Shown: in pieces, positions 26,114-38,706 of the stretch
Layout: the number at the start of each line of letters is the position of its first letter
Position numbering within the stretch: position 1 is the stretch's first letter
Source: Octopus vulgaris
Taxonomy: Eukaryota
Reading direction: 5' to 3'
Length of the DNA stretch: 64,000 nucleotides
Assembly (NCBI GenBank): GCA_951406725.2
Contig: OX597818.1
Span: forward strand, 120,032,001-120,096,000
Position numbers and translations under genes: made by a program
The notes under the pieces: model-generated
The model's input: the letters and a program-made list of their open reading frames with translations, nothing else
Told to the model about the DNA's origin: nothing
Databases searched by the model: none

Positions 26114-29100
26114 GTTTGCTTATTGATCGACATGAGCATCCCCTGTGATCATAATATCTCAGCGAAAGAGTTTGACAAGCTCAGAAAATATAAAGACCTG
26201 CCCATTGAAATTGAGAAAATGTGGCATCTCAAGGCGGTTACAATACCAGTGATCGTAGGAGCACTAGGAATGATCAAGAAGGGAACCAAAAATTATATGA
26301 GAATGATCCCTGGCTTACCATCCCTGCAAGAAGTGCGAAAGATTGTCTTAACTGGTACATCACATGTATTGAGAAGAGTATTGTCGATGTGAGAACTGTT
26401 GCTGCTCATGTATTTTAATTTAACTTTAAAAAAAAAAAAAAAAATTAACGGACTATTGAGTTTGGTTTAATGGCCTACCAATGTATACTATGAGTTTCTT
26501 TGCCCTAGGAGTCGGGAAGACACTCGGCAAGAAATGGAAGCAAATTTGAAAGAAGAAAAAAAAAAGTAATAATAATAATAATAATAACAATAATAATAAT
26601 AATAATACAAAGAAATAAACTTACATTTGACTTTGAGATAATGGCGAAGATTCCAGCACCGAGGAGGATGGCAAAAATGATGAAGAGGCATATGAAAAAC
26701 TGGAAAATAGAAAAATGTGGAAAGTGAATCAAATGTTTTCTCTCATGTTGAAAGTACTTCAGGGTACTTATGCTAATTCATACAGAGTACCTTTAATTCA
26801 TAGTGCTATTACATCCTAGCACAAATGCAGGGCACTTACTTTCAGTTAGACTCTCCTTGCTGACATATGCTAAGTAGCTTTCATATATGCTGTTGTCTGT
26901 GCCTTCTCAAGCCATGTCTGGCTCATAAGGGCCAGTTTCCCGGTTTCCTTGGCATGTAGGTTCCCCACCTGGACGGGATGCCGACCCGTTGCAGATGAGC
27001 TGCTAGATGCAGGTGGAAAGAGCGAGAGAAAGTGGTGGCGAAAGAGTCAGCAGAGGTTCACCATTACCTTCTGCCAGAGTTGCGCGGAGCTTAGGTGTTT
27101 CGCTCATAAACACACACATCGCCCGGTCTGAGATTCGAACCCGCAATCCCTCAACTGCAAGTCCGCTGCTCTAACTACTAGACCATGTGCCTCCATGCTT
27201 TCATACATAGTATCTCAAAATGTGAGATATATTCTTTGTTAATTTCATTCTGGCACACAAACTGGGTACATTTTAAGGATAGACTCTCATACACTCCATG
27301 TATCTTTCAGGGACAAACTTTTGGGTACCTTTAATCCTTTGGCATTCAGATTGTTGTTTGTTCCTTCTCAAGCCACGTGTGGCTCGTAAGGGCCGGTTTC
27401 CCGGTTTTCTTGGCATATAGGTTCCCCACCTGGATGGGACGCCGGTCCATCGCAGGTGAATTGCAAGATGCAGGAGGAAAGATTGAGAAAAATTTGTGGC
27501 GAAAAAGTCAGCAGAAGTTTGCCATTACCTTCTGCCAGAGCCGCGTGGAGCTTAGGTTTTTCGTTCATAAACACACACATCACCCAGTCTGAGATTCGAA
27601 CCTACGATCCCTCAACTGCAAGTCTGCTGCTCTAACCACTAGACCATGTGACTCCATGCTTTCATACATAGTATCACAAAATGTGGGATATATTCTTTGG
27701 TAATTTCATTCTGGCACACAAACTAGGTACATTTTAAGGATAGACTGTCATACACCCCATGTATATTTTAGGGACAACTTTTGGGTACCTTTAATCCTTT
27801 AGCATTCAGATTACTCTATCAAATATGTTTATTTATTTACATTGTTTTGAATTAATCAGGGATTATTTTTTGTAGCTTCGAAAGTTTGATGATGTGATTG
27901 TTTATTTTTAGACAACATCAGAATCTCAAAGCTACAAGATAATACATAATTAATTCAAAGCATTATAAATAAATAAGTATCACATTGGAAGAATAATCTG
28001 GAATGCTAAAGGGTTAAATTGTCCGTATCCAGCTCAAATATTCTACTTGTTTTATGTTGAAATAGGCCATATCCAACCTCTCTCACATACCCTACAATGT
28101 CATTCTAAAAATACACAATCACATCATCAAAATCTAAAAGCTATGAGATAATACAGGATTAAATCAAAACAATAGGAATAAATAAACATGACAGTTCTAT
28201 ATTTAAGAGATGAGGAATTATGTACTTATTTACATTTGACGGATATTTGTCCTCATCTTGTTTGTTATTAACACAATGCTTTGGCTGATATACCCTCCAG
28301 CCTTCATCAGGTATCTTGAGGAAATTTTGAACCTGGGTTCTCATTCCTAAAGTATTTGTCGATGTTGTTGTTGTTGTTGTTATTATTATTATTATTGAGG
28401 TCACTGCTTGGAATCAAACTTGGAATCTTGGGGTTAGTAGTCCGCGTTCTTAACCACTATGTCACAGGCATATGGCGTAGTGATTGAGAGCGTGGACTAC
28501 TAACCCCAAGATTCTGAGCTCGATTTCAGGCAGTGATCTGAATAATAATAATGACGATGACGACAATGATCATGCCGCCACCGACATTGAAAAATACCTT
28601 AGGAATGAGAATCCAGGTTCGAAATTTCCCCAAGACACCGAATGAAGGCTGGAGGGTATATCAGCTGAAACGTTGTGTTAACAACAAACAAGATGAAGAC
28701 AAATATCCATCAAATGTAAATAATTTAAATAAGCATGACATTGTCAGAGTAATATGAACACTAAAGGGTTAATGTAGAGAAAGCCAGGGAAGATTAAGTC
28801 ACTAAAATACAAGACAAGCAACTGGATAGTTAGCAGTATGTACTCAGTCACTGCACTGAGTCAATTAGTAAGGTATTTAGCTCCGATCCCCCAAATGGCT
28901 AAATCTATCTAATTCTGAACAGCCACAGAAGCAGGTACATATGATTCATTAGATTAACAGCCTCTCGCTCATATGGGAAGAGTTTCCAAGCAGATTTCTT
29001 TCTCCTACATATACTGGGTACATTTTACAGTCAATCTCAGGGTCCTTTGAAATTCTCTGCTCACTAGGGATTACAAACCAACTGATAGGGCAGCTTTTTG

Positions 29101-29248
29101 ATATTATTATCCAGAGGTTTTGATTCCTATATCAGCAATCTCTCCCTCATACCCAAACATAGACAGAGGCACTCTCTCACATACATAGATCATACATTCC
29201 AAATACATACACACACACAAACACACACACACATATATATATATATAC

Positions 29249-29297
<49 letters not shown>

Positions 29298-29898
29298 CAG
29301 CAAAACAATTTAGATTCAAATGAATATGATACTTAACTTAGATGCACCAGAATTTTTATGGTATTACCCATAAAATTATGTGGGGTGATTATAACCAAAA
29401 AATAAGCAACAAGAATGGATCGGTAGTTTAGTACAATTGTTTCATACTATAACAATTTATTAAAGCTGCAAATATAATGTTAAGTAATCCTCAGCTAATT
29501 TTATATAGGTTTTCCAAACATCTTAGAGAGTGTAAATATACTTATAAAGTTATAGATGTGAGCTCCAGGAACTTGAAGCAAGATTCCAAGCAGACCATAT
29601 ATGCTTTCCAACAATACAAAGTTCTTAAATTAATTAGTGACATCACAGAGAAGGTAAATATACTTATAAAGATGTGGATATAAATTTCAGGAAACATGAA
29701 GAAAGATGCCAATCAGACCACGATTAAGTTCGCATCTAATTGTTATAGTATGAAACAATTGTACTAAACTACCGATCCATTCTTGTTGCTTATTTTTTGG
29801 TTATATATATATATATATACACCATTTATTTTGTTTTTATTTTATTGCTTTATTTTTTTAAAATTGATAATAAGTACATACTGAGGACCTGTATCAGA

Positions 29899-29942
<44 letters not shown>

Positions 29943-30634
29943 CATACATACATACATACATACACATATGCATATACATACACGCACACACACACACATA
30001 TATATATATATATACATATAAATATAAATATGCTATCTCCATATGTTCAGTATATAAATCAGTAAACACATACTCAAACACACATACACACAAACATGCA
30101 CACACACACACACACACAGACGTACATACATACATGCAAACATTCATACACAGACACATATAGACACAGATACGCATGCTCATATAAATACAGACACACA
30201 TACAAATACACAGGCACACACACATATTTACACACATACATACACATACACAAACCGATTCTGAAAGTGTTCATATGTGGAAAAAAAAATAATGCAAAGA
30301 AATGAAGAAACAAAAACAATGAAATAGCAAGGAAAAAAAACAACAAAATAGTAACTAAAGAACAGATTGGAATACTCCAAAGAAAAATGGTAAAAACAGA
30401 TCAGTGGTACCAATTATCGGGATAAATTCTTCCACTTACCGAGGCAAGAAGACACTGGCTCTTACGGATAGCGCCACAGCAACCAATAAATCCTATTATC
30501 ATCATCAGAACACCAACGCCTATAAGAATATAGGCACCCAAATATGGCAGGTTGAAGTTATCATCGATGTACATTTGAAACGTTGGATCGATGCGGATCC
30601 ATATTCCGACACCAAGGATGGCACATCCCAACAA
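9847..30634 (-). CDS. CD9: Tetraspanin, CD9/CD81-like (4-Cys EC2); 5'-partial, 6 coding exons, 198 aa visible
   Basis: Spliced translation: [198 protein letters not shown]. Has GCCGA after TM2, CCG in EC2, and canonical AG/GT at every junction, all phase 0. TM4 and tail closely resemble CD9 ([21 protein letters not shown]). The symbol is a family-level resemblance, not proven orthology. Confidence 0.93.
10794..11165 (+). mobile_element. tRNA-derived SINE (octopus OR-type), full length with 11-bp TSD
   Basis: Head ggaggcgcaatggcccagtggttagggcagcggactcgcggtcg...ggtttcgattcc; TSD atttggatatt at 10781-10791 and 11166-11176; related pieces at ~13550-14010, 42030-42240, 43725-43870 and 47790-48010. 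Confidence 0.8.
11811..11894 (-). CDS. CD9: Tetraspanin exon (last EC2 Cys, start of TM4), 84 nt
   Basis: tttcag|CCG TGC AAA ... GTC ATG|gtagga; [28 protein letters not shown]. Confidence 0.93.
14089..14178 (-). CDS. CD9: Tetraspanin exon (CCG motif, variable EC2), 90 nt
   Basis: tttttcag|TTC AAC TGC TGT GGA ... GAT ATT|gtaagt; [30 protein letters not shown]. Confidence 0.94.
15457..15552 (-). CDS. CD9: Tetraspanin exon (EC2 helices A/B), 96 nt
   Basis: ttcttcag|ATG GGT AAC ... CAA AAG GAC|gtaagt; [32 protein letters not shown] fits the Y...MD.VQ pattern that precedes CCG. Confidence 0.9.
16299..16834 (+). mobile_element. Non-autonomous Helitron-like element
   Basis: 5' TCTATATCTATAAAAGGCAGGATG(TG)n; 3' short hairpin cccagtcaacgacag then tatttctgCTAG|T. 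Similar 5' ends at ~9950 and ~53111. Confidence 0.55.
16856..17085 (+). mobile_element. tRNA-derived SINE family with gactttgcctttcatcctttcggggtcgataaattaagtacc core
   Basis: ggcggcgagctggcagaa...gagttcaaattcc head; other copies at 32870-33108(+) and 62598-62740(+), and a minus-strand cluster between (AAT)n tracts at 3330-3795 and 4690-5620. Confidence 0.8.
26111..26566 (+). mobile_element. R4/Dong-clade non-LTR retrotransposon 3' fragment (restriction-like endonuclease domain + 3' UTR) inserted in (TAA)n
   Basis: [58 protein letters not shown]...[14 protein letters not shown] matches the REL C-terminal pattern ID..P.D..KE.EK..KY.DL..E...W...P.I.GALG; (AAT)n on both flanks. Confidence 0.85.
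26625..26699 (-). CDS. CD9: Tetraspanin exon (TM3), 75 nt
   Basis: ttccag|TTT TTC ATA TGC ... TCA AAT|gtaagt; [25 protein letters not shown]. Confidence 0.93.
26895..27812. repeat. ~460-bp tandem duplication (minus-strand tRNA-SINE plus 155 bp of flank)
   Basis: 26901-27350 aligns with 27361-27810, including the non-SINE flank atgctttcatacatagtatc...ttaatccttt(g/a)gcattcaga. Confidence 0.85.
28190..28732. mobile_element. tRNA-derived SINE with hammerhead tail, head-to-head inverted pair
   Basis: Minus copy 28190-~28462 and plus copy ~28467-28732. Each has a tRNA-like head (A box tggcgtagtg, B-box-like segment), (AAT)n, a body and a decayed hammerhead. Confidence 0.8.
30440..30634 (-). CDS. 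CD9: Tetraspanin exon (end of TM1, EC1, TM2, inner loop), 195 nt
   Basis: ttccag|TTG TTG GGA TGT ... CTT GCC TCG|gtaagt; encodes [12 protein letters not shown]...[15 protein letters not shown]. Confidence 0.95.
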
Positions 30635-30939
30635 CTGGAAAGAAAAGAAAAGAAGAAGAAATATAGTAAAAGATCAAAGGCACATGTTTTTATGTTTTTT
30701 TATTAATTTTTCTCTATGGAGGTTCTTGTAGTTTCAATCATGTTCATTCAAGTGAAGAATTTGTTCCTATCTGTTCAATAAATTAGAGAGTATAGTTGTG
30801 GCTGTATGGTTAAGAAGTTTTCTTTCCAGTTTTGTGGTTTGGGTTCAGTTCCAAGGTATGGTACCTTGGACAAGAGCCTTCAAGTTCACCAATTGTTGTG
30901 AATAAAATCTTATTTACAGAAGTTTAACATATATGTATA

Positions 30940-31532
30940 TCATCATCATCATCACCATCACCATCATCATCATCATTTAACGTCCGCTTTCCATGCTAGC
31001 ATAGGATGGACGATTTGACTGAGGACTGGCGAACCAGATGGCTGCACCAAGCTCCAATCTGATCTGGCATAGTTTCTACAGCTGGATGCCCTTCCTAATG
31101 CCAACCACTCCGAGAGTGTAGTGGGTGCTTTTACGTGTCACCAGCAGAAGGGACAGTCAGGCAGTACTGGCAACAGCCACACTCAAATGGTGTTTTTTAC
31201 GTTCCACCTGCACAGGAATGAGTCCAGCGGCACTGGCAATGACCTCGCTCGAATGTTTTTTCATGTGCCACCAGCAAAAGTGCCAGTAAGGCGACACTGG
31301 TAATGATCACGCTCGAATGGTGCTTTTTATGTGTCACCGGCACGGAAGCCAGTTAGCTGCTCTGGTAACGATCACGCTCGGATGGTGCTCTTAGCACTCC
31401 ACTAGCATGGATGCCTGTCATCGAATTTGATTTTAATTTCACTTGCCTCAACAGGTCTTCACAAGCAGAGTTTAGTGTCCAATGAAGGAAAGGTATGCAT
31501 AAGTGAGCTGGTTACACCCCTGTCATAGGCTA
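30940..31532 (-). mobile_element. SINE family with ggaagggcatccagctgtagaaac core, internal ~40-bp subrepeats and (GAT)n tail
   Basis: Other copies at 14578-14888(+), 32146-32620(-), 34920-35200(-), 48851-49185(-) and 37409-37684(-); the last has a 17-bp TSD actaaattctttgttat inside a MITE. Confidence 0.8.
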
Positions 31533-31573
<41 letters not shown>

Positions 31574-31699
31574 TTCGCCTTAAATGGTCCCTTTGCATAC
31601 TGAATACTTGGTGAAATTGATTAATAATTAATTAATTTTACCCTCAATTGTTGAAATTATATATATATATATATATATATATGAATATCTGTATAAAAA

Positions 31700-31790
31700 G
31701 AAAAATTCATGAGTTTCAGTAGGTCCGCTGCGAAGTCTTCCAAGCCTTTGATTTTTGGAGGGAATTTCTTAGATATAATACCATAGAATA
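31700..31790 (-). mobile_element. Penelope-like element ORF fragment (region N-terminal to RT)
   Basis: Translates FYGIISKKFPPKIKGLEDFAADLLKLMNF, resembling the YGF.S...PP.I.EL..FE.DL..L motif recalled from PLE proteins; flanked by (TA)n. Confidence 0.5.
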
Positions 31791-32091
31791 TAATCTCTGT
31801 AGTGTCCTCTGTAGTGTACAGATAAATTCCTCTATTTATATAATATCGAGGTCTCTTTCATTCTTTTGTTGTCTTACCATTTCTATCAATACACACACAC
31901 ACACATATACATATATATATATATATATATATGGTGATATATATCCATGCAATATATGTACATATATACATATATATACTATTCTCATCCAAAATGGAAA
32001 CAAGTACCAACACTTCCATGTGGCATGCTTAAACAACTGTGAATATCTTTTCAGATGAAACCGTTGGTTGCCTTGCTAAACCACGAATAAA

Positions 32092-32147
<56 letters not shown>

Positions 32148-32741
32148 TCATCATCATCATCATCATCGTTTAACGTCCGTTTTCCTCGCTAGCACGGGTT
32201 GGACGGTTCGACCGGGGTCTGGGGAGCCAGGGGCTGCCCCAGGCTCCAGTCTGGTCTGGCAGTGTTTCTACAGCTGGATGCCCTTCCTAACGCCAACCAC
32301 TCCGTGAGTGTAGTGGGTGCTTTTTACGTGCAACCTGCACAGGTGCCAGAGTGGTCTGGCATTGGCCACGATCGGTTGGTGCTTTTTTTTTAAGTGCTAC
32401 CGGCACAGAAGCCAGTCAAGGCGGTGCTGGCATCGGCCACGTTCGGATGGTGCTTTTTATGTGCCACTGGCACACAAGCCATTCGAGGCAGGGTTGGCAT
32501 CGGTCACGTTCGGGTGGTGCTTTTTATGTTCCACTGGCACAGAAGCCAGTTGAGGCTGCACTGGCAACGGCCACGTTCAGATGGTGCTGGCGGGGTTGGC
32601 ATCGGTCACGTTCGGATGGAGCATATATATATATATATATATATACTTATTTTATTGGTTTCTTTTTGCCAAGCTGCTAAGTTACAGGGATGTTAACAAA
32701 CCAACACCAACTGCCAAGTGATGGTGCGTACAAGCACAAAG

Positions 32742-32774
<33 letters not shown>

Positions 32775-34520
32775 GGACTTCTTTCAGTTTCTGTGTACCA
32801 AAAATACACTCACAAGGATTTGGTCAGACCAAACGATGATGATGATGATGATGAGATGGTAGTGGTGGTAATGAGCTGGCGAGCTGGCAGAATCGTTAGC
32901 ACGCCGGGTGAAATATTTAGTGGTAATTCATCTGCGGCTACGTTCTGAGTTCGAATTCCGCCGAGGTTGACTTTGCCTTTCATCCTTTTGGGGTTCAATT
33001 AAATAAGTACCAGTTATGCACTGGGGTCGATGTAACCGACTCAATCCGTTTATCTGTCCTTGTTTGTCCCCTCTGTGTTTAACCCCTTTTGGGTAGTAAA
33101 GAAATAGGTAGTGGTGGTGTTGATGGAGGTGTGGTGGTGAAAATGATGGTGATGCTGACGAAGATGATAATAATGCTTTATGTTAAAGGGTGTACTGGAT
33201 AGTTCCTAGTTTTGAGGGTCTCGCAAAAGGCTTGGTTGGATTTTTTTGAGCACTGTTTGGCTTTGAGCATCCAGTAGAGACAAATAGGAACCAAAGGTGT
33301 CCATGGGCAAAAAAAACAACAAAAAAAACGGTTGGGAAACTGATGCAGAGGTTTTTCAGTAGCTTGGTACAAATAGTAGCATTGGTATCGATGCTGGTAA
33401 TGTTGAAGGCAGTTTTGTGGTATTAGTTACAATAATGATGGTGTTGCTGGTGGAGATAGCAGCGGTAATGATGGTGGTGGAGGTGTTGGTGGTATGATTA
33501 TCCAACAAGTGATCAATAGATATCGATCAATACAGTATTGTAAAACAGCTTCCAAGAAGGATCAACCCCAATTGTTATAATATTAGAAAATGTATGATTT
33601 TTGTTTTTTGTTTTTGCAACATTGAACTATAGAATATGCTTTTGTCTATTAACACTTGTACAGCTACTTGGACTTAAAAACTGTATAGTAATAACTGTAT
33701 AATAATAACTCTTGCTTTTTTACTTGTTTCAGTCATTTGACTGTGGCCATGCTGGAGCACCGCCTTTTTAGTCGAGCAAATCGAACCTAGGACTTATTCT
33801 TTGGAAGCCTAGTACTTATTCTATCGGTCTCTTTTGCCGAACTGCTAAGTTATGGGGATGTAAACACACCAGTATCGGTTGTCAAGCGATGTTGGAGGGA
33901 AAAACACAGACACACAAACACACATATATATATATACATATATACGATGGGCTTCTTTCAGTTTCCATCTACCAAATCTACTCACATGGCTTTGGTCGAC
34001 CTGAGGCTATAGTAGAAGACACTTGCCCAAGGTGCCATGCAGTGGCACTGAACCCGGAACCATGTGGTTCATAAGCAAGCTACTTACCACACAGCCACTC
34101 ATACGCCTAGTGTAGGAATAACTGTGTAGAAAACATACATAACTATGCAAAAAAATAGTAACAATACAAAAAATACTGTTGTTATCTCCCTTTTCAACAT
34201 CATAAATCCACGTTGAATACATTAACCAATTCACTGCAGAAAACAGATTTCTACTCAATATTTTATTACCCTTAAGTGCAGAAAACACATTTATATACCA
34301 ATCTATCTTTTGTTGAAGAATGGCATATTTGAAACTATGGTTCGTTGAGATATGTTAAATTTACAGCGGGAAGGTGACTTGCAGAAAATACAATTTCTAT
34401 TTTTGGTAGATACTGAATATAATTACTGGAATAATCATAGAATTTAATTATGTAATGAAAGGGTTACAAAATGTATTGAGTAAATGGATATTTCATACAT
34501 GAAGGAAATTTTCTAAACAT

Positions 34521-34553
<33 letters not shown>

Positions 34554-35501
34554 CAATCTAGAATCTAATGGTATTGAAACACCTTTATGGAACTGAAAGG
34601 TTTTATCAGCACTCAAGACATTCTTGTAGCAATAACACAGGAAACATTCTTCCTAACAACACAAAACACCCACCAGTCCAAACTATACTTAAATCAGACC
34701 AGACATACTATTTCACAATGGGTGTGGACTGTTGGCATACATAGAAAAAAAAAGAAAAAATCTCCATTTAATTTACAGTTATCACAAAGGACATTTCTAA
34801 CATAATGGGAAACAACACTCCATTGGAAATGTAGGCTTCCCAAAAAAAAAAAAACTAGTGACACAAAGCACATTGATATAATAAACAACAATGATGACGA
34901 CGATGACAACGACGACGTCGTCATCATATTCATTTCACGTCCGTTGTCCATGCTGGCATGGGTTCGACGGTTTGACCAGGGCTGGCACACTGGAAGGTTG
35001 CACCAGACTCCAATCAGATTTGGCACGGTTTTCTACAGCTGGATGCCCTTCCTAACACCAACTATACCAAGAGTGTAATGAATGGGTGCTTTTATATGCC
35101 ACCAGCATGGGTGCCAGTTATGTGACACTGGGGTGCGATAACATGACACCAGTATCTGCCACGACTGAGATTTTGCTCAGCTTCATGGGTCTTCTTCCCA
35201 AAGTCATTTGACTGTGGCCATGCTGGAACACCACCTTGAAGGGCTCTAGTTGAACAAATCGACCCCAGGACTTATTTTTTCTTAACGCCTAGTACTTATT
35301 CTATAGATCTCTTTTGCCAAACTGCTAAGTTACGAGAATGCTAACACACCAACACCAGTTGCCAAGCAGTGAGGGGTGGGGGACAAACATAGACACAAAG
35401 ACACACACAGTCAAATGAGTGAAACAATTAAGAGAATAAAAGAATAGACTATTTTGGCTACATATGGCTGGCTTAACCCTTTAGCATTCAGATTACATAC
35501 A

Positions 35502-35912
35502 TAGGCGCAGGAGTGGCTGTGTGGTAAGTAGCTTGTTTACCAACCACATGGTTCCGGGTTCAGTCCCACTGCGTGGCACCTTGGGTAAGTGTCTTCTACT
35601 ATAGCCTCGGGCCGACCAAAGCCTTGTGAGTGGATTTGGTAGACGGAAACTGAAAGAAGCCCGTCGTATATATGTATATATATATATATGCATGTGCGTG
35701 TTTGTGTGTCTGTGTTTGTCCCCCTAGTATTGCTTGACAACCGATGCTGGTGTGTTTATGTCCCCGTTACTTAGCGGTTCGGCAAAAGAGACCGATAGAA
35801 TAAGTACTGGGCTTACAAAAGAATAAGTCCCGGGGTCGAGTTGCTCGATTAAAGGCGGTGCTCCAGCGTGGCCGCAGTCAAATGACTGAAACAAGTAAAA
35901 GAGTAAAAGAGT
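35502..35912 (+). mobile_element. Most abundant tRNA-derived SINE family in the window (internal (TA)n/(TG)n, gtaaaaga tail)
   Basis: aggcgcaggagtggctgtgtggtaag...ggttcagtcccactgc...gactgaaacaagtaaaagagtaaaag; many other copies, e.g. 12200-12676(-), 19240-19680(-), 33710-34108(-), 36339-36809(+), 43870-44208(-), 50725-51170(+), 53872-54170(+). Confidence 0.85.
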
Positions 35913-36504
35913 ATATGGCCAGTGTAAAACTCTACAAAGTTAAAGTAGGGAAGTATATAAATATCATAAACCCAAGGACCATCTCAAGTAATTCGGTTTA
36001 TCAAATGACTGTATTTCATAAATAAATATATATATATATTTTCTTCAGATTCAATTGCTATCACAGTGTCATATAAATAAAATTCAACAAAGGTGTATAA
36101 AAGGATAGTAAGATATTTCCTGGATAATAATTGAGTGTGTGTGGTTAAAAGCAATTAGTTTTCCCCTCAACACTGTATTTAAGAATTAATGTTTTTCGTA
36201 TGTCAGACACATTAAACTGTCAATGTTTTCCAGCTACTGACTGAAACAAGATTGGAATCTATAATGTATCAATTTAACCCTTAGTATTCGGCTTATTCTG
36301 TCAAACGTGATGCCTGTTTATTCACATTGTTTTGAAAAAGGCGTAGGAGTGGCTGTATGGTAAGTAGCTTGTTTACGAACCACATGATTCCGGGTTCAGT
36401 TCCACTGCATGACACCTTGGGCAACTGTCTTCTACTATAGCCTCGGGCTGACCAAAGCTTTGTGAGTGGCTTTGGTAAACGGAAACTGAAAGAAGCCCAT
36501 CATA

Positions 36505-36587
<83 letters not shown>

Positions 36588-38706
36588 TCATGTGTATATG
36601 TTTGTCCGTGTTTGTTCTCTTAACATTGCTTGACAACCGATGCTGGTGTGTTTACATCCCCGTAACTTAGCGGTTCGGCAAAAGATACCAATAGAATAAG
36701 TACTAGGCTTACAAAGAATAAGTCCTAGGGTCAATTTGCTTGACTAAAGGCAGTGCTCCAGCACGGCCACAGTCAAATGACTGATACAAGTAAAAGAGTA
36801 AAAGAGTAATTGATTATACATTATCTTGTAGTTTTGAGGTGTCTTTGATGTGATTGCCTATTTGTAGAATAGCATTGTAGGATAGGAGTAAGAAGTCAGA
36901 TCTGGTCAATTTGAACATGCAATAGGTAGAATATTTTGGTGAGATATGGTTGGCTTAATCCTTTAGCATTCAGATTACTTCATCAAATTAATGTTTAATT
37001 ATTCACATTGTTTTGGATTAACCCTTTCAATACCAACCCGGCTCTGTAGTACAAATGTCTTGTTTTCATAAATTTTGAATTAAAATCTTCCACCAAACTT
37101 TAGCCACAATTTATGTTCCTAACACCAGCTTAATGATAACTAAGTTTTTTTACTAAATTCTTTGTTATATTTAAAATTAATTGAAAGAAACACAGAGCAT
37201 CTCAAAATAGATGCAGTAATAAAAGGGGTAACCAACAATTTATTTAACCCTTTTGATACCAGCCTGGCTAAAACTGCCTCTGGCTCTGTAGTACCAATGT
37301 TTTGTTTGCAAAAGTTCTGAATTAAAATCTTCCACCAAACATTAGTCACTATTTATGTTCCTAACACTAGCTTAATGATAACAAAGTTAGTTTACTAAAT
37401 TCTTTGTTATCATCATCATCATCATTTAGCGTCCGTTTTCCATGCTAGCATGGGTTGGACAGTTTAACTGGGGTCTGTGAAGCCGGAAGGCTTCATCAGG
37501 CCCAGTCAGATTTGGCAGTGTTTCTACGGCTGGATGCCCTTCCTAACGCCAACCACTCCGTGAGTGTAGTGGGTGCTTTTTACGTGCCACCTGCACAGGT
37601 GCCAGACAGAGCTGGCAAACGGCCACGAACGGATGGTGATTTTTACGTGCCACCGGCACGGGGGCCATGCGAGGCTGGCAACGGACTAAATTCTTTGTTA
37701 TATTTAAAATTAATTGAAAAAAATACAGAGCATCTCAAAATAAATGCAGTAACGAATGGGTTAAACATCTCACAGTTTTGAAATGTTGATGAAATGATTG
37801 CCTTGATGTTGTTGTTGCAGTTAAGTGTCTGGCTAAAAGTAATTAACATCTCTATCAATATAATTTATTTAGAAATGTATGTTTTCTATATTTCAAATAC
37901 ATAAATCTGCCCATTTCCAGCTGCTGCTTGAGACAAAGACAGAATCTATAAAGTATCAGATTTAATGGATTTTGTCTTTAGTTGAGGTTTTACATTCTGA
38001 ATTCAATTTTGTAGTCTATTAAATTCGATTTAATAGACTACAAAATGCTTAGCACCAAATTTGTGGCCTGAATCTATGTTAGGGATCAGAGTACTTGTGT
38101 TGTATAAAGATGCAAAATTTAGAAGCTATTTCACAATATAGACGTATGTAAATATCTGCTAAGATCTAAGGGGGATTTTTAAGGATTAGTATTAATTTCT
38201 GATTTCACAGTGTTGTCCTTTGTCAATTTGCTAAGATCTGAGGGGGGCTTTTAGGGGGTCATTTTTAACCATTCATTTCCTTGTATTAGCCCTTTCTTAA
38301 AACAGAACGATGTTGGGGACAGGGGACAAACACAGACACACAAACAGATACACACAAATATATATATATATATGGTGGGCTTCTTTCAGTTTCTGTCTAC
38401 CAAATCCTCTCACAAGACTTTGGTTGGCCCGAGGCTATAGTAGAAGACACTTGCCCAAGATACCATGCAGTGGAACTGAACTCGGAACCACGTGGTTGGT
38501 AAGCAAGCTACTTACCGCACAGCCACTCCTGCACCAAATAGTTTACTAAGATCTAAAAGAATTATTAAGGGTCAGCCCTTCACTCCAATTTTATACTGTT
38601 GAATGAATAAGATATAAATCTCCTGGGATAGGAAGCTAGTCTTTCTCATGCAACACTCCTGATTGATGGACAAATTATCAACAACTAAATTGATAAACTA
38701 GAGAGA

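Noticed and set aside
32300-32620. Regularly spaced ~40-bp repeats resembling a CRISPR array
   Set aside because: The intervening segments are similar to each other, the units are internal subrepeats of a SINE, the context is eukaryotic and there are no cas genes.
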